From: Candidatus Methylomirabilis sp.
GTDB lineage: Bacteria; Methylomirabilota; Methylomirabilia; Methylomirabilales; Methylomirabilaceae
Direction: 5' to 3'
NCBI GenBank assembly: GCA_041498975.1
Contig: JBGQJI010000038.1
Span: forward strand, 1-17,310
Length of the DNA stretch: 17,310 bases
A program made the translations under genes and the position numbers. The notes beneath the pieces are model-generated. The model saw only the letters and a program-made list of their open reading frames with translations, was not told where the DNA came from and made no database searches. Shown here one piece after another: positions 1-8,033 of this stretch (within the stretch, counting starts at the first letter, position 1; every line of letters starts with the position of its first letter).

Positions 1-1
1 C

Positions 2-454
2 AAGCTGATGATCAAGGATTCGATCGCGGACGTCACGCTGCAGCAGACCATTACGCGGGCTGATGAGTTCGATGTGATCGCCACACCGAACCTCAACGGC
101 GACTATCTCTCCGACGCGCTCGCTGCGCAGATCGGTGGGATCGGGATTGCGCCTGGAGGGAACATCAACTATCTCACAGGCCACGCGATCTTCGAAGCCA
201 CCCACGGCACAGCCCCGAAGTACGCGGACCTTGACAAGGTGAATCCTGGCTCCGTCATCCTGTCCGGAGACATGATGCTGCGCCACTTGGGATGGAACGA
301 GGCAGCAGATCTAGTGGTGCGGGGCCTTGAGCGGACCATCGCCCAGAAGCGGGTGACCTACGATTTCGCGCGGCTGCTGCGCGCGGAAGGGGCAACCGAC
401 GTCAAGGAGCTGAAGTGCTCGGAGTTTGCCACCGCCGTCATCGAGAACATGTAG
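2..454 (+). CDS. icd: Isocitrate dehydrogenase (NADP-dependent, dimeric type), C-terminal part; 5' end outside window
   Basis: Frame open from window edge. Motifs [42 protein letters not shown] and VTYDFAR match the E. coli/B. subtilis-type IDH C-terminus. TAG at 452-454. Confidence 0.96.
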   Translation, partial: KLMIKDSIADVTLQQTITRADEFDVIATPNLNGDYLSDALAAQIGGIGIAPGGNINYLTGHAIFEATHGTAPKYADLDKVNPGSVILSGDMMLRHLGWNEAADLVVRGLERTIAQKRVTYDFARLLRAEGATDVKELKCSEFATAVIENM

Positions 455-456
455 TC

Positions 457-536
457 GTTCACGGTTGACAGTTTACGGTTAACGGACGGAGCAGACGTCG
501 GCCCTTTCCGTGAACTGTGAACCGTGGACTGTGAAC
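457..536. repeat. Inverted heptamer tandem-repeat element (copy 1, icd-mdh)
   Basis: Left arm GTTCACG GTTGACA GTTTACG GTTAACG (457-484), 24-nt spacer, right arm CGTGAAC TGTGAAC CGTGGAC TGTGAAC (509-536), which is the approximate reverse complement. Confidence 0.85.
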
Positions 537-550
537 CATTGGAGGCAACG

Positions 551-1480
551 ATGCGACCGAAGGTGACGGTGGTTGGCGGGGCCGGCAACGTCGGCGCCAC
601 GGTTGGCCAGTACCTTGTCACGAAGGGGTTGGCCGATGTCGTGCTCATCGACATCCTGGAAACCGTGCAGCACGGGAAGGGCTTGGACCTCCTCCAGGCA
701 GGCCCAATCCTGGGCTATGACTGCCACGTCTACGGCACGAAAGACTATGAGGAGACCGCCGGTTCCGATATCGTCGTCGTCACAGCGGGGATTCCCAGAA
801 AGCCCGGGATGAGCCGCGACGACCTGCTCAACACGAACGCCAAGATCGTTGGCAGCGTGATCGATCAGATCGTGGCCCATTCGCCGAACTCTATTCTGAT
901 TGTGGTCAGCAATCCACTCGATGCCATGACCCAGTTGGCGTTTCGGCGGAGCGGCTTTCCTCGGGAGCGGGTCATCGGCATGGCGGGTGTTCTGGACTCC
1001 GTACGCTTCCGGGCCTTCATCGCGCAGGAGCTTCAAGTCTCCGTTGAGAACATTCATGCCTTTGTCCTGGGCGGACACGGCGACATGATGGTCCCGCTTC
1101 CTCGTTTCTCAACCGTCTCGGGCATCCCGATCACCGAGCTTCTGACGCCGGATCGGATCGCGGCTCTGGTGAAGCGGACGGCCGGCGGCGGGGGAGAGAT
1201 CGTGGCCCTTCTGGGGACTGGGAGCGCCTATTATGCGCCGGCCGCCTCCGTCATGGAGATGGTGGAGGCGATTCTAAGAGACAAGAAGAAGATCCTCCCC
1301 TGTTGCGTGTATTTGGATGGAGAGTATGGGATTCGAGGGTTGTGCGTCGGTGTCCCGGTCAAGTTGGGTGCCTCCGGTGTGGAGCAAATCATCGAAATCC
1401 GGCTGATGCCGGACGAGGCTTCTGCCCTGAACAGGTCGGCGGCCTCAGTGAAGGAGCTGGTCGACATCTTGAAGCTCTAA
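551..1480 (+). CDS. mdh: Malate dehydrogenase (LDH-like, NAD-dependent)
   Basis: GAGNVG Rossmann motif, [10 protein letters not shown] substrate loop (Arg indicates malate specificity), SNPLD, DSVR, LGGHGD. GGAGG at 541-545 places the start at ATG 551 rather than the ORF-track start 524. Confidence 0.96.
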   Translation: MRPKVTVVGGAGNVGATVGQYLVTKGLADVVLIDILETVQHGKGLDLLQAGPILGYDCHVYGTKDYEETAGSDIVVVTAGIPRKPGMSRDDLLNTNAKIVGSVIDQIVAHSPNSILIVVSNPLDAMTQLAFRRSGFPRERVIGMAGVLDSVRFRAFIAQELQVSVENIHAFVLGGHGDMMVPLPRFSTVSGIPITELLTPDRIAALVKRTAGGGGEIVALLGTGSAYYAPAASVMEMVEAILRDKKKILPCCVYLDGEYGIRGLCVGVPVKLGASGVEQIIEIRLMPDEASALNRSAASVKELVDILKL

Positions 1481-1485
1481 AGGGC

Positions 1486-1574
1486 GTTCAGAGTGGAACC
1501 AAGTGGTTCAGAGTTCATAGGCAGAACCCACCTCCGGAGTTATCGATGAACTCTGAACTATGAACTCTGAACTA
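1486..1574. repeat. Inverted heptamer tandem-repeat element (copy 2, after mdh)
   Basis: GTTCAGA at 1486-1492 and 1506-1512, GTTCATA at 1513-1519; right arm TGAACTC TGAACTA TGAACTC TGAACTA (1547-1574). Confidence 0.8.
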
Positions 1575-1591
1575 TTTGCTGTTAACCTTTC

Positions 1592-1609
1592 GGAGGAGGA
1601 GGAGGAGGA
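1592..1609 (+). repeat. (GGA)6 trinucleotide run doubling as the ribosome-binding site of the lipoprotein gene
   Basis: Six perfect GGA units at 1592-1609, ending 6 nt before ATG 1616. Confidence 0.85.
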
Positions 1610-1615
1610 AAGATC

Positions 1616-1888
1616 ATGATGCGACGGGCAGGAAGAAACGTCGGGATGTCCCTGATGCTGGCTGCAGGGCTGTTGGTCGCCGGGTGCGGGCAGGAGGTGA
1701 AGAAAGAGAACGAGCAACTGAAGGCGCAGGTCGCGTCGCTTCAAAAGGAGAATGCGGATCTGAAGACCGAGATGATGACCTTCAAGGGTGAGAATGAGGC
1801 CATGAAGAAAGAGCTCGATGAAATGAAGCAGCACATGGCACAGATGCAGCCGAAGGGGAAAGGGGGCAAGGCCGCAAAGGCAAAGTAG
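1616..1888 (+). CDS. Hypothetical small lipoprotein with coiled coil and Lys-rich tail (90 aa)
   Basis: Basic N-terminus (RR, R), hydrophobic stretch, lipobox LVAG-C24, regular heptads over residues 28-77, tail PKGKGGKAAKAK. Strong RBS. Alternative start at ATG 1619. Confidence 0.85.
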   Translation: MMRRAGRNVGMSLMLAAGLLVAGCGQEVKKENEQLKAQVASLQKENADLKTEMMTFKGENEAMKKELDEMKQHMAQMQPKGKGGKAAKAK

Positions 1889-1922
1889 CCCGCCGGGGCG
1901 GGAAGGAGGGGGACTCTTTTCG

Positions 1923-1951
1923 TTGCCAATCTTGTCGACGGCTCATATCAT
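1923..1951 (+). promoter_or_regulatory. Putative sigma70 promoter for sdhCAB
   Basis: TTGCCA (1923-1928), 17-bp spacer, TATCAT (1946-1951); 5/6 match to consensus in each box; about 90 nt upstream of the sdhC start. Confidence 0.6.
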
Positions 1952-2043
1952 GCACCTGCGTGATTGGCCAGTGCGTATATGCCACGGTTCTTAGCCAGCG
2001 AGAAGGGGCGTGCGGCGCGGATGCGGGTGGGAGAGAGACGTCA

Positions 2044-2736
2044 ATGAACGCGAGCGCGGCGATGACACTCTGGAGCACCTCGATCGGGAAGAAGGTGGTG
2101 ATGGCCGTCACCGGTTTCATCCTGATCGGCTTCGCCATCGGTCACATGCTCGGAAACCTCAAGATCTACCAGGGTGAGGCGAAGTTCAACGCGTACGCCG
2201 TCTGGCTGCGGGAGGTGGGCAGCCCTGCCCTCGGACACGAGCAATTCCTCTGGGTGGCCCGCCTCATCCTGCTGACATCGACCGTGCTTCACATAGTGGC
2301 CGCCGTGCAGCTCACGCGGATGAGCTACGCTGCACGGCCGCTGGGCTACGAACAGTGGGAGGCGATCCAAGCGACGTACGCCTCGCGGACCATGCGGTGG
2401 GGCGGCGTCATCATCGCCCTCTTCGTGATCTACCACCTTCTGCACTTCACCTTCGGCGCCGTCGGCTTCGCGCCCGGGCAGTTCAAGGACATGTCCGTCT
2501 ACCGGAACGTGGTGACCGGGTTCTCCGTGTGGTACGTGTCGGCCTTCTACATCGCGGCGATGGTCGCGCTCGGGCTTCACATGTACCATGGGGTGTGGAG
2601 CATGTTCCAGACGCTCGGCGTGAACACCGAGAATGCCAGTCGCGTCTACCGGGCGCTCGCCACCGTCTCGTCGGCCATTGTCATCCTGGGCAACATCTCC
2701 ATACCGACCGCAGTCCTCGTCGGGCTCGTCAAGTGA
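2044..2736 (+). CDS. sdhC: Succinate dehydrogenase/fumarate reductase cytochrome b subunit (b558 family, single membrane anchor)
   Basis: SIGKKVVMAVTG start motif, about five hydrophobic segments, candidate heme-ligand His in GHMLGNL, VLHIV, YHLLHF and LHMYHG, and ASRTM and GVWSMFQTLG motifs. Purine-rich RBS before ATG 2044. Confidence 0.93.
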   Translation: MNASAAMTLWSTSIGKKVVMAVTGFILIGFAIGHMLGNLKIYQGEAKFNAYAVWLREVGSPALGHEQFLWVARLILLTSTVLHIVAAVQLTRMSYAARPLGYEQWEAIQATYASRTMRWGGVIIALFVIYHLLHFTFGAVGFAPGQFKDMSVYRNVVTGFSVWYVSAFYIAAMVALGLHMYHGVWSMFQTLGVNTENASRVYRALATVSSAIVILGNISIPTAVLVGLVK

Positions 2737-2751
2737 TGGAGGGTGTCAGAC

Positions 2752-4713
2752 ATGGATGTTGAGACGAAGGTCGGCCATACGGCAGCCGCTGTCGCAGACA
2801 GCGGGCTTGACGCGAAGATCCCGCCGGGGCCGATCGAGCAGAAGTGGGAGCGGCACCGCTTTGATATGAAGCTGGTGAGTCCGATCAATCGGCGGGGCTA
2901 CACGATCCTGGTCGTGGGCTCGGGCCTCGCTGGGGGCGCGGCGGCCGCCTCACTCGGCGAGCTGGGTTACGACGTCAAGTGCTTCTCCTATCACGACAGT
3001 CCGCGCCGCGCCCACTCGATCGCCGCCCAAGGCGGCATCAACGCGGCGAAGAACTACCGAAACGACGGCGACAGCGTGTTCCGCCTCTTCTATGACACCG
3101 TGAAGGGCGGCGATTTCCGAGCGCGCGAGGCCAACGTGTACCGGTTGGCCGAGCTCAGCGTGAACATCATCGACCAGTGCGTCGCCCAGGGCGTCCCTTT
3201 CGCCCGCGAGTATGGTGGCCTTCTCGATAACCGGTCCTTCGGCGGCGCCCAGGTCTCTCGCACATTCTACGCCAGGGGCCAGACGGGACAGCAGCTCTTG
3301 CTGGGGGCGTACCAGGCGCTCGAGCGCCAGGTCGGCCTTGGCACGGTGAGCATGTACTCCCGACGGGAGATGCTCGATCTCGTCGTCGTCGATGGGCGCG
3401 CGCGCGGCATTGTGACGCGCGATCTGGTCACCGGTGCCATCGAGTGTCACGTCGGTGACGCCGTTGTCCTGGCCACCGGTGGCTACAGCAGCGCGTTCTA
3501 TCTCTCGACGATGGCGAAGGCCTCGAACGCAACGGCCATCTGGAGGGCCCATAAGCGCGGGGCGTTCTTCGGGAACCCGTGCTTCACGCAGATTCATCCG
3601 ACGTGTATCCCGGTGAGCGGGGAGCACCAGTCGAAGCTCACGCTGATGAGCGAGTCGCTGCGCAATGATGGGCGCGTGTGGGTGCCGAAGAAGGCCGGGG
3701 ACACCAGGCCGCCGGACCAGATCCCGCCGGATGACCGCGATTACTACCTCGAGCGGAAATACCCAAGCTACGGCAACCTGGCACCGCGGGACATCGCCTC
3801 GCGCGCGGCAAAGGAAGTGTGCGACGAGACGCGCGGCGTCGGCCCGGGCGGGCGGGGCGTCCACCTCGACTTCGCCGACGCCATCAAGCGCCTCGGCGAA
3901 GCGGCGATCCGCGAGAAGTACGGCAACCTCTTCGACATGTACGAGCGGATCACCGGGGAGAACGCGTACCGGATCCCGATGCGGATTTATCCCGCTGCCC
4001 ACTACACGATGGGTGGCCTCTGGGTCGATTATAACCTCATGTCGACCATCCCCGGGCTGTTCGTCGCCGGGGAGGCGAACTTCTCCGACCACGGCGCGAA
4101 CCGGCTTGGCGCGAGCGCGCTGATGCAGGGGCTTGCCGACGGCTACTTCATCCTCCCGTACACCCTCGCCGATTACCTTGCGCGCAACAAGCCTGACAAG
4201 CTGGACGCGCGCCATCCAGCCTTCCGTGCGGTGGGGGCCGAGGTCCTGGAGCGCGTCAACCGGCTGCTCGGTGTCGATGGGAAGCGCACGGTCGACTCGT
4301 TCCACCGGGAGCTCGGGCATATCATGTGGGAGCAGTGCGGCATGGCACGCAACGATGCCGGGCTCCGCCGCGCGCTCGCGAGCATCCCCGAGCTGCGCGC
4401 GGAGTTCTGGAAGAATGTCCGGGTGCTCGAGGGAAACGAGGAGGTGAACCAGTCGCTCGAGAAGGCGGCTCGGGTGGCGGACTTCCTGGAACTGGGCGAG
4501 CTCATGTGCATCGATGCGCTCCACCGCACGGAATCGTGCGGTGGGCACTTCCGCGAGGAGAGCCAGACGCCGGATGGCGAGGCGCAGCGCGACGACGAGC
4601 GCTTCGCCTACGTGGCGGCCTGGGAATACACGGGCACGCTGGCGCGGCCAAACCTCCATAAGGAACCCCTCACCTTCGAGTACGTTCACCTCACCCAGCG
4701 AAGCTACAAATGA
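2752..4713 (+). CDS. sdhA: Succinate dehydrogenase/fumarate reductase flavoprotein subunit
   Basis: GSGLAG FAD-binding motif, [10 protein letters not shown] (covalent-FAD His), QIHPT, SESLR, HYTMGG, HGANRLG and [13 protein letters not shown] at 2738-2742 favours ATG 2752. Confidence 0.96.
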   Translation: MDVETKVGHTAAAVADSGLDAKIPPGPIEQKWERHRFDMKLVSPINRRGYTILVVGSGLAGGAAAASLGELGYDVKCFSYHDSPRRAHSIAAQGGINAAKNYRNDGDSVFRLFYDTVKGGDFRAREANVYRLAELSVNIIDQCVAQGVPFAREYGGLLDNRSFGGAQVSRTFYARGQTGQQLLLGAYQALERQVGLGTVSMYSRREMLDLVVVDGRARGIVTRDLVTGAIECHVGDAVVLATGGYSSAFYLSTMAKASNATAIWRAHKRGAFFGNPCFTQIHPTCIPVSGEHQSKLTLMSESLRNDGRVWVPKKAGDTRPPDQIPPDDRDYYLERKYPSYGNLAPRDIASRAAKEVCDETRGVGPGGRGVHLDFADAIKRLGEAAIREKYGNLFDMYERITGENAYRIPMRIYPAAHYTMGGLWVDYNLMSTIPGLFVAGEANFSDHGANRLGASALMQGLADGYFILPYTLADYLARNKPDKLDARHPAFRAVGAEVLERVNRLLGVDGKRTVDSFHRELGHIMWEQCGMARNDAGLRRALASIPELRAEFWKNVRVLEGNEEVNQSLEKAARVADFLELGELMCIDALHRTESCGGHFREESQTPDGEAQRDDERFAYVAAWEYTGTLARPNLHKEPLTFEYVHLTQRSYK

Positions 4714-4774
4714 CGCCGCGTGCATCTCGAGTAGGCCCCCCATGGCGCATGCCGGTGTCACGGAGCCGGCGACG

Positions 4775-5548
4775 ATGAACCTGACTCTCAAGGTGTGGCG
4801 CCAGAAGCACGCAAAGGCCCAAGGCCGCTTCGTCACCTACCAAGCGAAACACATCAGCCCAGACATGTCGTTCCTCGAGATGCTCGACGTCGTCAACGAG
4901 GAGCTGATCGGGCGAGGCGAGGAGCCGATCGCGTTCGAGCACGACTGCCGCGAGGGCATCTGCGGCACGTGCGGTTTCATGATCGACGGCGTTGCCCACG
5001 GGCCGAGGCGCGCCACCACCGTCTGCCAGCTCCACATGCGAAGTTTCAGCGACGGCGCCAGCTTCACGATCGAGCCCTGGCGTGCGAAAGCGTTCCCGGT
5101 CATCAAGGATCTGATCGTGGATCGGAACGCCTTCGACCGGATCATCCAGGCGGGCGGCTTTATCACCGCGCCGACGGGTTCGGCGCCCGACGCCAACGCG
5201 ATCCTGGTCCCGAAAGAAAGCGCGGATCTCGCGTTTGACGCCGCGGCCTGTATCGGCTGCGGTGCCTGCGTGGCGGCGTGCCCGAACGCCTCAGCGATGC
5301 TGTTCACGGCCGCGAAGGTTTCGCACCTCGGCCTCCTCCCGCAGGGGCAGCCCGAGCGCTCCGAACGCGTGCGCAACATGGTGGCCGCGATGGAGAAGGA
5401 AATGTTCGGCAACTGCACGAACATCGGCGAGTGCGCGGCGGTGTGCCCCAAAGAGGTCAGCCTCTACTTCATTGCGCGGATGAACGGCGACTTCATCAGG
5501 GCGAGCCTCAAAGGCCGGAGGGTGTCGCACCAGGGTGCGGCGACCTGA
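4775..5548 (+). CDS. sdhB: Succinate dehydrogenase/fumarate reductase iron-sulfur subunit
   Basis: CREGICGTC...C (2Fe-2S), [11 protein letters not shown] and [11 protein letters not shown] (4Fe-4S/3Fe-4S). [10 protein letters not shown] is the typical N-terminus; GGAG at 4762-4765. Confidence 0.95.
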   Translation: MNLTLKVWRQKHAKAQGRFVTYQAKHISPDMSFLEMLDVVNEELIGRGEEPIAFEHDCREGICGTCGFMIDGVAHGPRRATTVCQLHMRSFSDGASFTIEPWRAKAFPVIKDLIVDRNAFDRIIQAGGFITAPTGSAPDANAILVPKESADLAFDAAACIGCGACVAACPNASAMLFTAAKVSHLGLLPQGQPERSERVRNMVAAMEKEMFGNCTNIGECAAVCPKEVSLYFIARMNGDFIRASLKGRRVSHQGAAT

Positions 5549-5809
5549 GGGGCACAGCCTGTCAGTGCTTGCGAGGACCTGGACAACCTCACGTCCGGCG
5601 CCACGGGCAGCCCCGGCGCGTTGAGCAACGGATGTTCAGTAGCCTGGAGGGGCGCACGATCGTTAGCCGCATCGAAGTCTGCCCCGCAGGGATCCTGACC
5701 ACCACGGCCATCCCCCAAGTGAACAGTGGCCTGCTATGCTGGCGAATCTGACGGGAGGTCGATTGCCCATCGGGAAGCCGATGCCCAGGGGGCGAGAGGG
5801 ACGTGAAGG

Positions 5810-6979
5810 ATGAAAATACACGAGTATCAAGCGAAGGCCATCCTCGCCGGATATGGGGTTCCCGTTCCGAAAGGGCAGGTCGCCGTCACGCCCATGGAGG
5901 CGAGGAGTGCCGCCGAGCGGCTTGGCGGCGCCGTGGTGGTCAAGGCCCAAATCCACGCGGGGGGTCGTGGCAAGGCTGGCGGCATTGTGCTGGCATCTTC
6001 GCCAGGGGAAGCTGAGACCGCAGCAGAGCGACTCATCGGCTCCCGCCTGGTCACGCATCAGACCGGCCCCGATGGCAGCGTGGTAAAGCAGATCCTGGTG
6101 GAGGAGAGAAGCCCCATCACCCGCGAATTGTATGCCGGGATCGTTGTCGATCGCAAGGCTGCATTGCCGGTGATCATGGGCAGTGTAGCGGGCGGCATGG
6201 ACATCGAAGAGGTGGCGGCGAAGCATCCCGAAAAGATCATCAAGGTCGCCGTGGACCCCGCGACTCAGCTCCAAGCCTTCCACACCCGCCAGCTCGTCTT
6301 CGGACTAGGGCTGCCCCAGTCTCTACAGGCCGCGGCCATCGAGTTGTTCCGTGGCCTCTACCGGGCCTTCCACGAAAAAGACTGTTCCCTTGTCGAGGTC
6401 AACCCCCTGGTGATCACCGCTGACAACCGGCTCCTGGCCCTGGATGCAAAGATGAACTTCGATGACAATGCGCTGTTTCGGCACCCCGATGTGCAGGCGT
6501 TGCGCGATCTCGATGAGGAGTCCCCGCTCGAGGTCGAGGCCTCCAAGTTCGGGCTGAGTTACATCAAGCTGGACGGCGATGTGGGATGCATGGTGAACGG
6601 GGCTGGTCTCGCCATGGCCACCATGGATCTCGTGAAGCTCGCCGGCGGTGAGCCTGCCAACTTTCTGGACGTGGGCGGCGGCGCGAGCGCCGAACAGATC
6701 GAACATGCTTTTCGTATCCTGACCTCAGACCGATCGGTCAGGGCGGTCCTTATCAATATCTTCGGTGGGATCCTGAGGTGTGATCGGCTAGCGGAGGGGG
6801 TCATTCATGCCGTTCGCTCCCTCCGGGTCACCGTGCCGATCGTGATCCGGATGGAAGGGACGAACGTGGAACAAGGAAAGCGGATGCTTCAGGAATCTGG
6901 CCTGAATTTCATCACCGCCGACGGGATGCAGGAGGCGGCAGAGAAGGCCGTCAAGGCCGCCAAGACAGGGCGTTTATAG
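5810..6979 (+). CDS. sucC: Succinyl-CoA synthetase beta subunit
   Basis: MKIHEYQAK, VVKAQIHAGGRGKAGG, EVNPL, DDNALFR, MVNGAGLAMATMD, ANFLDVGGGA, NIFGGI. Confidence 0.97.
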   Translation: MKIHEYQAKAILAGYGVPVPKGQVAVTPMEARSAAERLGGAVVVKAQIHAGGRGKAGGIVLASSPGEAETAAERLIGSRLVTHQTGPDGSVVKQILVEERSPITRELYAGIVVDRKAALPVIMGSVAGGMDIEEVAAKHPEKIIKVAVDPATQLQAFHTRQLVFGLGLPQSLQAAAIELFRGLYRAFHEKDCSLVEVNPLVITADNRLLALDAKMNFDDNALFRHPDVQALRDLDEESPLEVEASKFGLSYIKLDGDVGCMVNGAGLAMATMDLVKLAGGEPANFLDVGGGASAEQIEHAFRILTSDRSVRAVLINIFGGILRCDRLAEGVIHAVRSLRVTVPIVIRMEGTNVEQGKRMLQESGLNFITADGMQEAAEKAVKAAKTGRL

Positions 6980-7079
6980 TTCGTAGTTCGGAGTTCGTAG
7001 TTCAGAGTTCATAAAGGACGAGCGAGCGGGAAGACATGCTTTATCTCTGAACGCTGAACTCTCAACACTGAACTTTTTT
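6972..7079. repeat. Inverted heptamer tandem-repeat element (copy 3, sucC-sucD) followed by T6
   Basis: GTTTATA GTTCGTA GTTCGGA GTTCGTA GTTCAGA GTTCATA (6972-7013), 32-nt spacer, TCTGAAC GCTGAAC TCTCAAC ACTGAAC (7046-7073), TTTTTT (7074-7079). Confidence 0.88.
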
Positions 7080-7087
7080 GAGGAATC

Positions 7088-7960
7088 ATGAGCATTCTCG
7101 TCGATAAGAAGACGCGCCTGGTCGTCCAGGGCATCACCGGCAAAGAGGGGACCTTCCACGCCCTGGCATGCCGTGACTACGGGACCGCAGTCGTCGCGGG
7201 CGTCACCCCGGGCAAAGGCGGCATCCGCCATGAGGGGGTTCCAGTCTTCGACACAGTGCGCGAGGCAGTGGCCAAGGCGGGGGCCAATGCCTCTCTGATC
7301 TTCGTCCCACCCGCTGTGGCCGCCGATGCCATCTTGGAGGCCATTGAGGCAGCGGTTTCACTGGTCGTCTGCATTACCGAGGGAATCCCGACCCTGGACA
7401 TGGTGCGCGTCGCCCGTTTTCTCCGCGGCTCCGAAACGCGTCTGATCGGTCCGAATTGCCCCGGGATTATCTCACCCGGAAGGGCCAAGGTTGGGATCAT
7501 GCCAGGCCAAATCCACAAGCGGGGTAAAATCGGCGTCGTTTCAAGGAGCGGGACCCTGACGTATGAGGCGGTGGGTCAGCTCACCCGTTTGGGCCTTGGA
7601 CAGTCCACCTGTGTTGGGATCGGCGGGGATCCGATCATCGGAACCAATTTCATCGATTGCCTGGCGCTGTTTGAAGCCGACCCATCGACCCAGGCAATCC
7701 TTATGATCGGAGAGATCGGGGGGACTGCTGAGGAGGAGGCTGCCGCGTTCGTCAAGCGTCACGTCTCCAAACCAGTGATCGGCTACATCGCCGGCCTGAC
7801 GGCGCCGCCCGGTCGAAGGATGGGGCATGCGGGGGCGATCATTTCGGGCGGGAAAGGAACGGCGGCAGAGAAGATCGCCGCCCTGCGGCGCGCCGGCATT
7901 ACCGTGGTGAAGAGCCCGGCGGGGATGGGCGCGGCTGTAAAGAAGGCCCTCAGCCGGTAG
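7088..7960 (+). CDS. sucD: Succinyl-CoA synthetase alpha subunit
   Basis: [56 protein letters not shown] (phospho-His). Confidence 0.97.
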   Translation: MSILVDKKTRLVVQGITGKEGTFHALACRDYGTAVVAGVTPGKGGIRHEGVPVFDTVREAVAKAGANASLIFVPPAVAADAILEAIEAAVSLVVCITEGIPTLDMVRVARFLRGSETRLIGPNCPGIISPGRAKVGIMPGQIHKRGKIGVVSRSGTLTYEAVGQLTRLGLGQSTCVGIGGDPIIGTNFIDCLALFEADPSTQAILMIGEIGGTAEEEAAAFVKRHVSKPVIGYIAGLTAPPGRRMGHAGAIISGGKGTAAEKIAALRRAGITVVKSPAGMGAAVKKALSR

Positions 7961-7980
7961 CCCGACCAGTGCATGACCAG

Positions 7981-8015
7981 AGGCCATCCGCCTTGAGCGG
8001 GTGGTCTTCTTTTTT
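7981..8015 (+). terminator. Intrinsic terminator after sucD
   Basis: Stem AGGCCATCCGC (7981-7991), loop CTTGA, GCGGGTGGTCT (7997-8007): 11 bp with two G-U pairs, followed by TCTTTTTT. Confidence 0.75.
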
Positions 8016-8033
8016 CAATCCAGGGGGGAAGCC

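Noticed and set aside
1889..1920. Terminator after the lipoprotein gene (CCCGC/GCGGG)
   Set aside because: Only a 5-bp stem, and the nearest T run is about 14 nt away.
1965..1982. Possible sigma54 promoter (TGGC...GC) upstream of sdhC
   Set aside because: The GG-to-GC distance is 13 nt rather than the required 10.
2950..4836. 628-aa antisense ORF over sdhA
   Set aside because: Shadow frame in codon register with a high-GC gene; no recognisable motifs; the sense strand is a clear SdhA.
457..7073. Heptamer arrays as a CRISPR (GTT...AAC ends resemble CRISPR repeat termini)
   Set aside because: Units are 7 bp and tandem with no repeat-spacer periodicity, the copies are dispersed, and there are no cas genes in the window.
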